Positions 12,336 through 23,799 of a stretch of DNA of 64,000 nucleotides are shown one piece after another. The notes beneath the pieces were generated by a model. The model was not told where the DNA came from and did not search any database. It saw only the letters and a list, made by a program, of their open reading frames with translations. Location of the stretch: assembly GCA_047602405.1 (NCBI GenBank), contig JASGHJ010000002.1, forward strand, positions 3,698,300 through 3,762,299, given 5' to 3'. The translations under genes and the position numbers were made by a program. Every line of letters starts with the position of its first letter. The first letter of the stretch is position 1. This DNA comes from Anaeromyxobacteraceae bacterium (GTDB taxonomy: Bacteria > Myxococcota > Myxococcia > Myxococcales > Anaeromyxobacteraceae).

Positions 12336-13960
12336 GTGCCGCGCCGTGCGAAGAGGCTCTCGCCCGTCCTCGCGCCGCTGCTCCTGGCGCTCGCCGGCTG
12401 CCCGGGCGCGCGCCGGGGGCCGCCGCCGGAGCGCTTCCTCCCCGCCGACGTCCGCGCCGCGGTGGTGCTCCCCGACGCCGGGCGCGCCGCGAAGGACCTC
12501 GCCGCGCTGCACCGCACACTCTCCGGCTTCCCGGGCGTGGGCGACGCCGCGGCGCTTCGCGGCGGCATCGCGGCCCAGCTCGGCTTCGACCCGCTCGATC
12601 CGGAGGGGCTCGCCGAGGCCGGCCTCGACCCCGCCCGCGGCGCCGCGCTCGCGCTGCTCGACGGGCCGGACGAGCCGTCGCTCCTCGTCCTCCCGGTCGC
12701 CGACGTCGCGAAGGTGGAGGCGCTCCTCGCCCGGCTCGCCCGCCAGCGGCTCGGCGCCGAGCTCCGCCGCGAGGAGCGGCGCGGCGCGGCGAGCGTGGTG
12801 ACCCTGCGGCGCGCGGAGGGCGCGCCCCCCGCGCTCGCGTACGCGCTCGTCGAGCGTTACGCGCTCGTCTCGGCCGGGCCCGCCGGCCCAGCGATCGCCG
12901 GCGACGCCGCCGGGCTCGACCCCGCCCGCGCGCTCGCCGCCGCGCCCGCCTTCGCGGCGGCCCGCCGCGCGCTCGGCGACGGCGAGGCCGCGGTCGCGTT
13001 CCTCCCGCCGCGCGCCGCGGCCGCCTCGGGGCTCGCGCCGCTCCGGGACGGCGCGGCGGTGAGCCTCTCCGCCTCGGAGGGGCGCCTGCGCGTGCGCGCG
13101 GCCGTGCTCCTCGGCGACCGCGCGCCGGGCTGGCTCGCCGCGCTCGCGCCGAGGGGCGCGGGCGGCGCGCTCGCCGGACGCCTCGAGGCCGGCGCGGCGC
13201 TCGTCGCGCGGCTCGACGCCGACCCGGCCGTCCTCGGGCCGCGGCTCGCCGGGCTCGTGCCCGCGGGGCCGCGCGAGGCGCTCGCCGCGCGCGGGCTCGA
13301 CCTCGAGCGCGACGTGTTCGCCGTGCTCGGCCCGGGCGGCGCGATCGCGGCCTCGCTCTCCCCGCGCTTCTCGCTCGTGGGGCTCACCGGCGAGGTCCTG
13401 CGCGACGACCCTCCGCGCGCGTTCGAGCTCGAGGCGGTGGTGCCGGTGCGCGCGGGCGCGGCGGAGGCGGCGCTGCGCTGGGCGCGCTACGCCGACCCCG
13501 CCCGGCCGCCGAAGGCGGGGCCGGACGGGATCGTGCGGGTCCCGACACCCTCCGGCGAGATCGCGTGGAAGCTCGTCGGGGACCGGCTCGCGCTCGCCTG
13601 CGGCCGGCCCGGACGCCTCGAGCCCCTCCTCGCGCGCCTCGAGGCCGGGGCCGGCGAGGCCTGGACGCCGCCCGTCGCCGGTGCGAAGGCCGCGCTCGAG
13701 GGCGGCCCCGGCGGCCTCGTGCTCGACGTGCCGCGGCTCGCGCGGAGCGTGCGCTCGCTGCCGCCTTCGTCCTTCGGCGCCGGGCCCACCGGCTTCGTGG
13801 TGCGGTCGGTGATCGACCGGTTCGTCGCGCCCGCCGAGCGGCTCAGCGCGGTCTGGCTCCGGGCGGAGCTCCTTGGGGACGCGGTGGTCGTGACGCTCGA
13901 GGCGGCGGCGCGGCCGGCCGACGGCGAGCGCGAGCGAGCCCGGGAAGGAGCGCCGGCCCC

Positions 13961-13964
<4 letters not shown>
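12336..13964 (+). CDS. Ala-rich lipoprotein cotranscribed with ABC transporter
   Basis: Lipobox LAGC; stop overlaps start of ABC ATPase (GTGA). Confidence 0.75.
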
Positions 13965-14634
<670 letters not shown>

Positions 14635-14638
<4 letters not shown>

Positions 14639-15912
14639 GGGCCCGGCTCTGGATCGCGCTCACCGGGCTGCGCGCCGACCGCCGCGGCACGCTCGTGAAC
14701 GCGCTCGCGGCCTGCGTCGGCGCCGCGGCGCTCGTGCTTTTCCTCGCGCTCGGCCTCGGGGTCGGCCGCGCCGCCGCGCGGATGTTCCCCGCGGACGCGC
14801 GGCTCGTCGAGGTGGTGCCGCCGGCGGTCTCGCTCGGCGGCCTCCTCGGCGGCGGCCGGCTCGACGCCGGCGCGGTGGAGCGCCTGCGCGCGCTGCCCGG
14901 CGTGGAGGCCGCCCACCCGCGCCTGCCGCTCCGCGTGCCGCTCGCGATCCCGCGCCCGCCGCGCGGCCTCGACGCCCAGTGGCCGCCGGGCATGACGCTG
15001 CAGGTCCCGGCGGTCGGCGTGGACCCGGCGCTCGTCGCGGGCGATCTCCGCGGCGAGCCCTTCCTCGACCCGCCGCCGGGCCAGCCGGTGCCGGTCGTGC
15101 TCTCCCGCCGCCTGCTCGAGATCTACGACAAGACCATCGCGCCGGCGTGGGGCGTGCCGCGCCTGCCCGCCGGGCTCGTGCCCGTGGGCATCGAGGTGCC
15201 GCTGAAGGTCGGCCTCTCGATCGTGCCCGGGAAGACCGAGCCGCGCGTGGACGAGGTCCGCGCCCGGCTGGCCGGGCTCTCCGACCGGGTGCCGATTTAC
15301 GTGATGGCGCTGCCGCTCGCGACCGTCGAGCGCCTCCACCGGGAGTACGGCAAGGAGGACCTGGGCTACGGGCAGGTCACGCTCGTCGCGCGCGAGGCCT
15401 CGGCCGTGCCCGGGATCGCCGCGGCGATCCGGCGGATGGGCTTCTCGGTGGACGAGTCGGAGCGCCAGGCCGCGGAGCGGGTCGGGACGATCGTGGCGGT
15501 CTCGACCGGCGCGCTCGTGGCGCTCGCGGTGCTCATGTGCGCCCTCGCCGCGCTCGCCATCGCGCAGTCGCTCTCGGCCTCCGTGCGCGGGCGCGCGAAG
15601 GAGATCGCGGTCCTGCAGGCGGTGGGCGCGTCCCCGGCGGACGTGCGGGGCGTCGTCCTCGTGCAGGGCGCCCTGCTCGGCCTCGCCGGCGGCGTCGCGG
15701 GCGCGCTCCTCGCGCGGCTCCTCGCGCTCGGCGCGGACCGCGCGGCGGCGCGGCTGCTCCCGGACTTCCCGCTCCGGCCGGAGACCTTCTTCGCGTTCCC
15801 GCCCTGGCTGCTCGTGCTCGGCGTGGCGCTGCCCGCGGCCGCGGCGGTGCTCGGCGCGCTCGGGCCGGCCGCGGCGGCGGCGCGGGTGGACCCGGCGCGG
15901 ACGCTGAGCTGA
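14635..15912 (+). CDS. ABC transporter permease (FtsX/MacB family)
   Basis: N-terminal TM, periplasmic domain, [14 protein letters not shown]-terminal TMs ending [10 protein letters not shown]. Confidence 0.9.
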
Positions 15913-15915
15913 GTT

Positions 15916-15976
15916 CCAGGGGGCGCTCAGCGCGCCCCCTCCCCGGCGAGGCGGCTCGCCGGGGCCCCTCCCCTGG
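15916..15976. repeat. GC-rich multi-hairpin element between convergent genes
   Basis: Stems agggggcgc/gcgccccct and ccccggcgag/ctcgccgggg; possible outer ccagggg/cccctgg pairing. Confidence 0.55.
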
Positions 15977-15988
15977 CAGCGGGTCGCC

Positions 15989-17590
15989 TCAGCGGCTGCC
16001 GTAGGCCACGAGCTTCTCGCCGACCTGGAGCTTGCGGCTCTTCGGGTTGTGGATCCCGTTCCAGCGGCAGAGGTCGTCGAGCTCGACGCCCAGGCGCTGG
16101 GAGATTGACCAGAGCGAGTCGCCCGACCGCACCCTCACCGTCGTCCGCTCCTCCGCCGAGCGCGACACCGCGGCGGTGCGGGCGCGGACCGCAACGGCGG
16201 CCTCGGTGGTGGCGACGCCGCTGCCGATCGGGCGCGGCACGAGGAGCTCGGTGCCCACGCGCAGCTTCCTCGCGCTCTTCAGGCCGTTCATCTCGAGGAT
16301 GCCCTGCGTCGGGACGCCGTAGCGGAGCGCGATGGAGGAGAGCGTGTCGCCCTTCTTCACCACGTGGCCCGCGAAGGTCATGCGCGACTTGCCCTCGAGC
16401 TTCGGCCAGGCCTCGGCGAACGGGGCGGCGCTCTCCTTCGGGATCTTGATCCGGTAGGCCCGCGGCGGCGTGCAGGCGCGGCGCAGCTCGGGGTTGAGGT
16501 CGATGATGGTCTTCTCGGAGGTCCCGGCGGCGCGGGCGACGAGGGAGAGCAGCGTCGCCTCCTTCACCGTCACCTCCTCGTACGGGACCCACGCCTCGGC
16601 GTCGATCTCCGCCTTCGCGAAGCCGAACGCCTCGGGGTGCTTCGAGATGATGGCGGCCGCCATGAGCTTCGGCACGTAGCCCTTCGTCTCGGCGCGCAGC
16701 ACCTTCTTGCCGGGCGTCGCGGCCATGTCCCAGAAGTCGTCGTAGCCGAGCCGCTTCGCCTTCGTGATCCGCCCGCCGCCCGCGTTGTAGCCGGCCCACG
16801 CGAGGCGCCAGTCCCCGTGCTGCTCGAAGAGCTCCTTCAGGTACCGGGCCGCGGCGTGCGCGGCCTTCTCCGGGTCGCGCCGCTCGTCGACCCAGAAGTC
16901 CTGGGCGAGGCCGAAGCGCTTGCCGGTCGCGCCGATGAACTGCCAGTTGCCCACCGCGCGCGCGCGGCTCTTCGCGAAGTTGCCGAAGCCCGACTCGATC
17001 ATCGCGAGGTAGACGGTGTCCTCCGGGACGCCCTCCTCGCGGAGGATCTCCTTGAACCGCGGGATGTACCGGTGGGAGCGGCCGAGCCACTTCACGAAGT
17101 GCCTGCGGGCGGCCGGCGACTGGAAGAAGCGGATGTACGAGACCACCGCCTCGTTCACGTCGATGGGGATGTCGTAGCGCGCGCGCAGCGTCGCGAGGTC
17201 GACGTCGAGCTGCGGGAGGAGCTGGAGCTTGCCGGAGCCGGGCGTCGCCTTGTCGGCGTCGGCGGCGACGTGCGCGGCCTCCTCGGCGCGGCGCATCTCC
17301 TCGATCTCGGCCGAGTCCTTGTCGATCTCCTCGGAGATGGCGGGCTCGTCGGGAGCGTCGTCCTCGTCGTCGACCGGGCGGGCCTCGACCAGGCGCTCGG
17401 GCGCCGGGGCGGGCGCCGCGGGCTGTGGCCGCGCGGCCTTGAAGCTCGAGCCCACCGGCCGCGGCTCGGGCACCGAGGCGGCAGGCAAGGGCTCGTCCGC
17501 GATCGCGCGGTGGGGTGGCCGCGCGCCGGCGAGGCCGGGCACGACGAGGAGCAGCAGGAGGGGGATCGGGGTCTTCAGGTTCGGCCTCAT
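15989..17590 (-). CDS. mltD: Lytic murein transglycosylase with LysM domains (MltD-like)
   Basis: SLT motifs [23 protein letters not shown]; LysM repeats HVVKKGDTL and VRSGDSLW. Confidence 0.9.
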   Translation of the reverse strand: MRPNLKTPIPLLLLLVVPGLAGARPPHRAIADEPLPAASVPEPRPVGSSFKAARPQPAAPAPAPERLVEARPVDDEDDAPDEPAISEEIDKDSAEIEEMRRAEEAAHVAADADKATPGSGKLQLLPQLDVDLATLRARYDIPIDVNEAVVSYIRFFQSPAARRHFVKWLGRSHRYIPRFKEILREEGVPEDTVYLAMIESGFGNFAKSRARAVGNWQFIGATGKRFGLAQDFWVDERRDPEKAAHAAARYLKELFEQHGDWRLAWAGYNAGGGRITKAKRLGYDDFWDMAATPGKKVLRAETKGYVPKLMAAAIISKHPEAFGFAKAEIDAEAWVPYEEVTVKEATLLSLVARAAGTSEKTIIDLNPELRRACTPPRAYRIKIPKESAAPFAEAWPKLEGKSRMTFAGHVVKKGDTLSSIALRYGVPTQGILEMNGLKSARKLRVGTELLVPRPIGSGVATTEAAVAVRARTAAVSRSAEERTTVRVRSGDSLWSISQRLGVELDDLCRWNGIHNPKSRKLQVGEKLVAYGSR

Positions 17591-17886
17591 CGGTCCTCGA
17601 CTCGACTCTGCATCGTACTTGGGACGGGCCCTGCCGCCAAATCCTTCGCCCGTTCGCCCGCTTGGCCGCATTCGACCGGCCGTCCGCCCGCCGCCCGGGC
17701 CGCCTTGCCGCGCGCCCAGGCCAACCTGTGCACGGGGTGGGCCCGCCCGGCAGGCCCCGAACCCGGCGAGACCACCGGGCGTTGCGGCGGCACGGCCGCC
17801 CTCTTACCAGGTACCCCCCGACCCTGGGGTCCATTCCCGGGGTTTCACCTTTCTCCCCCGGACGAGCAGCGCCCGGTGTAGACGAC

Positions 17887-18957
17887 GTGGCGAGCCCGCC
17901 CGGAGCCCCCTTGAACATCGGCCCCTACACGTTCTCCGGACGCTTCTTCCTCGCCCCGCTGGCCGGCGTCTCGGACCGCCCGTTCCGCAGCATCTGCCGC
18001 CGCATGGGCGCGAGCTTCGCCTACACCGAGATGGTCTCCGCGCACGGCCTCATGCACGGCACGCTGCAGACGCAGAGCTACCTCGACCGCGATCCCGAGG
18101 AGAACCCGTTCGCGGTGCAGATCTTCGCGGCCGAGCCGGAGGTGCTCGCGCGCGGCGCCGCGGTCGCGGTGAAGGCGGGGGCCGGCATCATCGACGTCAA
18201 CATGGCCTGCCCGGTGAAGAAGGTGTGCGGCACGGGCGCCGGCGCCGCGTTCGGCCGCGAGCCGCGCCGGGTCGAGGAGGCGGTGCGCGCGATCCGCGGC
18301 GCCGTGGACGTGCCGGTCACCGTGAAGATCCGCGCGGGCTGGGACGACGGCGAGGTGAACTGCGTCGACGTCGCGAGGGCCGCCGAGGCCGGCGGCGCCT
18401 CCGCGGTCGCGCTGCACGGCCGCACCCGCGCGCAGATGTACTCGGGGCGCGCCCGCTGGGACCTCGTGAAGGCGATCAAGGATGCGGTCTCGATCGCGGT
18501 GCTCGGCTCCGGCGACGTGTGGACCGCCGACGACGCCCTCCGCATGCGCGCCGAGACCGGCTGTGACGCCGTGCTCGTCGCGCGCGGCGCCTGCGGGAAC
18601 CCGTGGATCTTCCGGGAGCTGAGGGCCGTGGAGCGCGGCCTCCCGCGCCCGCCCCCGCCGACGCGCGAGGAGTGGATCGCGACCGTGCTCGAGCACGTGG
18701 ACCTGCAGGTCGAGCACCTGCGGCGCCAGTTCCCGGAGGAGCCGCCCGAGTCCGCCGAGCACCACGCGATCCGCGAGCTCAGGAAGCACCTCCTCTGGTA
18801 CACGCGCGGCCGGCGCGGCGGCGTCTTCTTCCGCCGGGACGCCCCGCAGCTCAGGACGAGGGCCGACGTCGCGCGCCTCGTCGACCAGCACTTCCCGGCC
18901 GGCGGGGACGCCTTCGAGGCGGACCCCGCCCAGGCCGGCTCCGAGGACTTCGAGTGA
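17887..18957 (+). CDS. dusB: tRNA-dihydrouridine synthase
   Basis: LAPLAGVSD, NMACP, TVKIR, HGRT, ARG..GNPW; start codon uncertain (GTG 17887 or TTG 17911). Confidence 0.92.
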   Translation: MASPPGAPLNIGPYTFSGRFFLAPLAGVSDRPFRSICRRMGASFAYTEMVSAHGLMHGTLQTQSYLDRDPEENPFAVQIFAAEPEVLARGAAVAVKAGAGIIDVNMACPVKKVCGTGAGAAFGREPRRVEEAVRAIRGAVDVPVTVKIRAGWDDGEVNCVDVARAAEAGGASAVALHGRTRAQMYSGRARWDLVKAIKDAVSIAVLGSGDVWTADDALRMRAETGCDAVLVARGACGNPWIFRELRAVERGLPRPPPPTREEWIATVLEHVDLQVEHLRRQFPEEPPESAEHHAIRELRKHLLWYTRGRRGGVFFRRDAPQLRTRADVARLVDQHFPAGGDAFEADPAQAGSEDFE

Positions 18958-19751
18958 CCACCGGCGGCACCCTCGCGGTCTACACCGGCGCGATCCTCGC
19001 GGGCGCGCTCGCCGGCGGGGCGCTCCCGCTCTTCGGGCGGCTGCGCCGCTCCGACCTGCTCCTCTCCTTCTCGGCCGGCGTGATGCTCGGCGCCGCCTTC
19101 CTGCACATGCTGCCGGAGGCGATCGAGGCCGCCGGGGTGAAGGCGCTCCCCTTCGTGCTGGGCGGCTTCCTCGCCCTCTACGTGCTCGAGCGGTTCGCCC
19201 TCGTGCACCTCTGCGCCGAGCCGGGCCCGAACGCGGAGCTCTCCGGCGAGGTCGCGCCGCACGTCGAGGGCGCCGGCCACCAGCACGTCGGCTGCGAGGT
19301 CCACACCATGGGGCTCGCCGCGTTCGTGGGGATGTCGCTCCACACGGTCGTCGACGGCTTCGCGCTCGCCGCCTCGAGCGTGGCCCCCGAGCTCGGGCTG
19401 CTCGTCTTCCTCGCCATCCTGGCGCACAAGGTGCCGAACGCCCTCTCGCTCTCGGCCATCCTGGTGGCGGAGGGCTACAGCCGGCGGCGCGCCCTCGCCC
19501 TCAACGCGACCTTCGCCCTCATGCTGCCGCTCGGCGTGCTGCTCTACGTGCTCCTGCGCGAGGCGGTCCACGCGGAGCGGTTCACCGGGCTCGCGCTCGC
19601 GGTCTCGGCCGGCACGTTCCTCCACCTCTCCATCTCGGACATCCTCCCGGACCTCCACCGGCGGGGAGGGTCGAAGTGGCGGATCTCGGGGGCCGTGCTC
19701 GCCGGGGTGGCGCTGATGGGGGCGCTGGGGTTCCTCCGGTACGGGCACTAG
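18954..19751 (+). CDS. ZIP-family metal (zinc) transporter
   Basis: SFSAGVML..HMLPEA, His-rich loop, LHTVVDG, AILAHKVP, AGTFLH..DILP. Confidence 0.9.
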   Translation: MTTGGTLAVYTGAILAGALAGGALPLFGRLRRSDLLLSFSAGVMLGAAFLHMLPEAIEAAGVKALPFVLGGFLALYVLERFALVHLCAEPGPNAELSGEVAPHVEGAGHQHVGCEVHTMGLAAFVGMSLHTVVDGFALAASSVAPELGLLVFLAILAHKVPNALSLSAILVAEGYSRRRALALNATFALMLPLGVLLYVLLREAVHAERFTGLALAVSAGTFLHLSISDILPDLHRRGGSKWRISGAVLAGVALMGALGFLRYGH

Positions 19752-19871
19752 CGGTCGCGCAGGTTCCCATGTCACTTCCGGCCGCGCCCCGCCTCCGGGA
19801 ACGGGCCGCCGCGATCGTTGTTGAGAAGCTGGGGCGCCGCTAAGCTGCCTCACCCCGGAGGGAACCGCCGC

Positions 19872-20861
19872 ATGAACGCGGACATGAAGGCCATCGCCGA
19901 CGAGGTCCAGGCGCGCGCCGGCTTCGTCGAGGCGCTCGTCGCCGAGACGGGCAAGGTCATCGTCGGCCAGCGTTACCTCGTCGAGCGCGCGCTGATCGGC
20001 GTGCTCACCGGCGGCCACGTGCTGCTCGAGGGCGTGCCCGGCCTCGCGAAGACGCTCGCGGTGAAGACGATCGCCGACGCCGTCGACTGCCAGTTCAGCC
20101 GGGTGCAGTTCACGCCCGACCTCCTCCCGGCCGACGTCGTCGGGACGCAGGTGTACGACCCGCGCAGCCAGACCTTCCACGCGAAGCAGGGGCCCATCTT
20201 CGCGAACGTCGTGCTCGCCGACGAGGTGAACCGCGCGCCCGCGAAGGTCCAGTCCGCCCTCCTCGAGGCGATGCAGGAGCGGCAGGTCACCATCGGCGAC
20301 CAGACCTTCCCGCTGCCGGATCCGTTCGTGGTGCTCGCCACCCAGAACCCCATCGAGCAGGAGGGCACATACCCCCTGCCCGAGGCGCAGGTCGACCGCT
20401 TCATGCTGAAGGTGAAGGTCGGGTACCCGAGCCGCGAGGAGGAGCGGGCGATCATGGACCGGATGTCGGTCCTCACCCCGCCGCGCGCGAGGGCGGTGGT
20501 GTCGCCCGCCCAGCTGAAGGAGGCGCGCGAGACGGTCCACCGCATCTACCTCGACGACCGGGTGAAGGACTACATCGTGAACGTGGTGTTCGCGACGCGC
20601 GACCCGCGCGGCCACGGCCTGCCCGAGCTCGCCGGCTTCGTCGAGTACGGCGCCTCGCCGCGCGCGACGCTGTTCCTCGCGCTCGCCGCCCGCGCCCACG
20701 CGTTCCTCCGCCGGCGGGGGTTCACCACCCCCGAGGACGTGAAGGCGGTCGCCTACGACGTGCTCCGGCACCGGATCACGCTGACCTACGAGGCCGAGGC
20801 CGAGGAGGTCACGCCGGAGAAGGTCGTCTCGCGGGTGCTGGAAAAGATCGAGGTGCCGTGA
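19872..20861 (+). CDS. moxR: MoxR-family AAA+ ATPase
   Basis: LLEGVPGLAKT, QFTPDLLPAD, LADEVNRAPAKVQSALL, ATQNPIEQEGTYPLPEAQVDRF. Confidence 0.96.
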   Translation: MNADMKAIADEVQARAGFVEALVAETGKVIVGQRYLVERALIGVLTGGHVLLEGVPGLAKTLAVKTIADAVDCQFSRVQFTPDLLPADVVGTQVYDPRSQTFHAKQGPIFANVVLADEVNRAPAKVQSALLEAMQERQVTIGDQTFPLPDPFVVLATQNPIEQEGTYPLPEAQVDRFMLKVKVGYPSREEERAIMDRMSVLTPPRARAVVSPAQLKEARETVHRIYLDDRVKDYIVNVVFATRDPRGHGLPELAGFVEYGASPRATLFLALAARAHAFLRRRGFTTPEDVKAVAYDVLRHRITLTYEAEAEEVTPEKVVSRVLEKIEVP

Positions 20862-21781
20862 CCGTGGCTTCGGGCCTGACCGCCCGCGACCTCGTCCAGC
20901 GCGTCCGGCGGATCGAGATCGCCACGCGCCGCGCGGTCGAGGACACCCTCTCCGGCCAGTACCACTCCGTCTTCAAGGGGCGGGGCATGGCCTTCAGCGA
21001 GGTGCGCCCGTACGCCCCCGGCGACGAGGTCCGCGCCATCGACTGGAACGTCTCGGCGCGCACCGGCCAGCTCCACGTGAAGCGGTTCGTGGAGGAGCGC
21101 GAGCTCACCGTCGTGATCCTGGTGGACCTCTCCGCCTCGGCCGACTTCGGCTCGCGGGAGCGCACGAAGGCCGAGGTCGCGGCCGAGATCGCGGCGCTCG
21201 TCGCCTTCAGCGCGGTCGCGAACGGCGACCGGGTCGGCCTCGTGCTCTTCACCGACCGCGTGGAGCGCTTCGTGCCGGCCCGCAAGGGCCGGCGGCACGC
21301 GATGCGGCTCGTCTCGGAGATCCTCCAGTTCCGCCCGGCGTCGCGGCGCACCGGCGTCGGCGCCGCGCTGCAGCTCCTCCGGAACGCGTTCAAGCGCCGC
21401 ACGATCGCCTTCGTCCTCTCCGACTTCCTCGAGCCCGCCGCGAAGGGCGAGCCCGGGGTGCCGTTCGAGCGCGCGCTCAAGGTCGCGGCGAAGAAGCACG
21501 ACCTCGTCCCGGTCCGGCTCACCGACCGGCTCGAGGCCGAGCTGCCGGCGGCGGGCCTCGCGCTCGTCGAGGACCCGGAGAGCGGCGAGGTCCTGCGGGT
21601 CGACCTCTCCGACCGCCGGCTGCGCGCCCGCTTCGCCGCCGCCGCGCGCGCGGACGACGAGCGGCTCCGGAAGCTCTTCGCGAAGCTGCAGCTCGACGCC
21701 ATCGCGGTGCGCGCCGACGACGCCGACTACGTGAAGCCGCTCCTCGCCTTCTTCGGCGCCCGCGCCAGGAGGCGCGCGTGA
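20858..21781 (+). CDS. DUF58 (vWA-like) protein
   Basis: GMAFSEVRPYAPGDEVRAIDWNVSAR, DLSAS, LSDF; follows moxR. Confidence 0.93.
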   Translation: MTVASGLTARDLVQRVRRIEIATRRAVEDTLSGQYHSVFKGRGMAFSEVRPYAPGDEVRAIDWNVSARTGQLHVKRFVEERELTVVILVDLSASADFGSRERTKAEVAAEIAALVAFSAVANGDRVGLVLFTDRVERFVPARKGRRHAMRLVSEILQFRPASRRTGVGAALQLLRNAFKRRTIAFVLSDFLEPAAKGEPGVPFERALKVAAKKHDLVPVRLTDRLEAELPAAGLALVEDPESGEVLRVDLSDRRLRARFAAAARADDERLRKLFAKLQLDAIAVRADDADYVKPLLAFFGARARRRA

Positions 21782-22743
21782 TCGCCGCGGCGGCCCTCGC
21801 GCTCGCGGTCGCCCTGCCGGCGCCGGCGCCGTCGGCTCCTTCCTACCCGGTCCAGTCGCGCGCGCAGAAGACCGAGGTGAAGCTCGGCGAGCCATTCGGT
21901 TACGAGCTCGAGGTGCGCCACCCGGCCGGCCTCACGCTCGCGCTCCCGAAGGAGCTGCCGCAGGAGCCGTTCCACCTCGAGCCGGGCGCCTGCCGGCGCG
22001 AGCCCGTGGAGGGCGAGCCCGGCGAGGTGACGAGCGTGTGCAGCCTCACGGCGTCGCTCTTCGCGCTCGGCCCCCACGAGGTCCCCGCGGTGGCGCTCGA
22101 GCTCACCGGCCCGGGCGGCGCGAAGGAGACCCTGCGCGTCTCCGGGACGGCCGTCACCGGCGTCGGGCTCCTCGACCCGAAGGCGCCGCCCGAGCAGCTC
22201 CAGCTCCGCGACCTCTCGCCGCCCGCGCCGCTCATGGTGCGCTCGCTGCGGCTCGTGTGGTGGACGCTCGGCGCCCTCGGCGCCCTCGCGGTCGCGCTCC
22301 TCGCGTGGAGGGCCTGGCGCCGCCGGGCGGTGCGCGCCGCGGAGCCGCCGCCGCCGGTGCCCCCGCACGAGCGCCTCGCCCGGCGCCTCGCCGCGCTCGA
22401 GGGCGACCGGCTCGGCGAACGCGGGCACGCGCGCGAGCACTTCTACCGGCTCTCCGAGATGGTGCGCGAGTACCTCGGCGCGCTGCTCGGCGTGCCCGCG
22501 CTCGACCTCACCACCGAGGAGCTCCTCGAGCGGACCCGCGACGCCGGCGATCCGCGCCTCGATCCGGCGGACCTGAGGCCCTTCCTCGAGGACGTGGACC
22601 TCGTGAAGTTCGCCCGGGCCGAGGCCGGGCCGGGCGAGTGCGCCTCCGGCGTCGCCTGGGCGCGCGCGCTCCTCGACCGGACGCGCCCGCCGGAGCCGGC
22701 CGCGCCGCCGCCCCCGCCGGGCGCCGGGGAGGCCCGCCGGTGA
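21778..22743 (+). CDS. Bat-operon membrane protein (DUF4381/BatD-like)
   Basis: Signal peptide, Ig-like region, TM, YRLSE..REYL..ALDLTTEE, DLVKFA. Confidence 0.8.
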   Translation: MIAAAALALAVALPAPAPSAPSYPVQSRAQKTEVKLGEPFGYELEVRHPAGLTLALPKELPQEPFHLEPGACRREPVEGEPGEVTSVCSLTASLFALGPHEVPAVALELTGPGGAKETLRVSGTAVTGVGLLDPKAPPEQLQLRDLSPPAPLMVRSLRLVWWTLGALGALAVALLAWRAWRRRAVRAAEPPPPVPPHERLARRLAALEGDRLGERGHAREHFYRLSEMVREYLGALLGVPALDLTTEELLERTRDAGDPRLDPADLRPFLEDVDLVKFARAEAGPGECASGVAWARALLDRTRPPEPAAPPPPPGAGEARR

Positions 22744-23744
22744 ACGGGCCCACGTTCGACCTCGCCCGGCCGTGGGCGCTCGTCCTGCTCCTCGGGCTGC
22801 CGCTCGCGATCGCCGCGTTCCGGCTCGAGCGCCGCCGCGCGCCGCGGCTGCACCACCCGCGCGCGGCCACCCTCGCCGCCGTCGGCCGGGGCCTCGCGGG
22901 CCGGCTCGCCTGGCTGCCCCAGGCGCTCCTCGTCGCCGCGCTCGGGCTCGTCGTGCTCGGGCTCGCCCGGCCCCGCTCGCACGAGCGCACCCCCGAGGCG
23001 CTCGCGGTGGAGGGCATCGACATCGTCGTCGCGCTCGACATGTCTTCCTCGATGCTCGCCGTCGACTTCAAGCCGCAGAACCGCTTCCACGTCGCGAAGG
23101 AGGTGCTGAAGCAGTTCGTCGGCCGGCGCCCGAACGACCGGATCGGCCTCGTGGTCTTCTCCGGCGAGGCGTACACGCAGTGCCCGCTCACCCTCGACGC
23201 CAACATCCTCCGCCAGCTCGTCGATCAGCTCCGGATCGGCACCATCGAGAACGGCACCGCCATCGGCAACGCGCTCGCGACCAGCGTCAACCGCCTGCGC
23301 GAGTCGGACGCGAAGTCGAAGGTCATCATCCTCATCACCGACGGCGACAACAACGCCGGCCAGGTCGCGCCCATGGAGGCCGCCGAGATCGCCCGCGGCT
23401 ACGGGATCCGGGTGTTCACGATCCTCGTCGGCAAGGGCGGCGTGGTGCCGGTGCCGGTGGGGGACGTGCCCGGCGTGTACGAGGACCAGGAGCTGCCGGT
23501 GAACCCGAAGCTGCTCCAGGAGATCGCGCGCACGACGGGCGGGACCTACGCGGTGGCGACCGACCAGGACTCGCTCGAGCACGGCCTGCAGGCGGTGCTC
23601 GACAGGATGGAGAAGACCCGGATGTTCGAGGCGAGCGGCGGGTCGCACGCGACCGAGCTCTTCCCGGAGGCGCTCGAGCCGGCGTTCTGGCTCGCCGCGC
23701 TCGCGCTCGCGCTCTCCGCCACCCGCTTCCGCCCGTTCCCGTGA
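22740..23744 (+). CDS. batA: BatA-like vWA protein
   Basis: LARP, MIDAS DMSSSM, QCPLTLD, GTAIG, LITDG. Confidence 0.88.
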   Translation: MNGPTFDLARPWALVLLLGLPLAIAAFRLERRRAPRLHHPRAATLAAVGRGLAGRLAWLPQALLVAALGLVVLGLARPRSHERTPEALAVEGIDIVVALDMSSSMLAVDFKPQNRFHVAKEVLKQFVGRRPNDRIGLVVFSGEAYTQCPLTLDANILRQLVDQLRIGTIENGTAIGNALATSVNRLRESDAKSKVIILITDGDNNAGQVAPMEAAEIARGYGIRVFTILVGKGGVVPVPVGDVPGVYEDQELPVNPKLLQEIARTTGGTYAVATDQDSLEHGLQAVLDRMEKTRMFEASGGSHATELFPEALEPAFWLAALALALSATRFRPFP

Positions 23745-23799
23745 TGCCGGCTCCGACCACCCACGCCACCCTCGTGAACCACCGCCCCCCATCGCGCCG

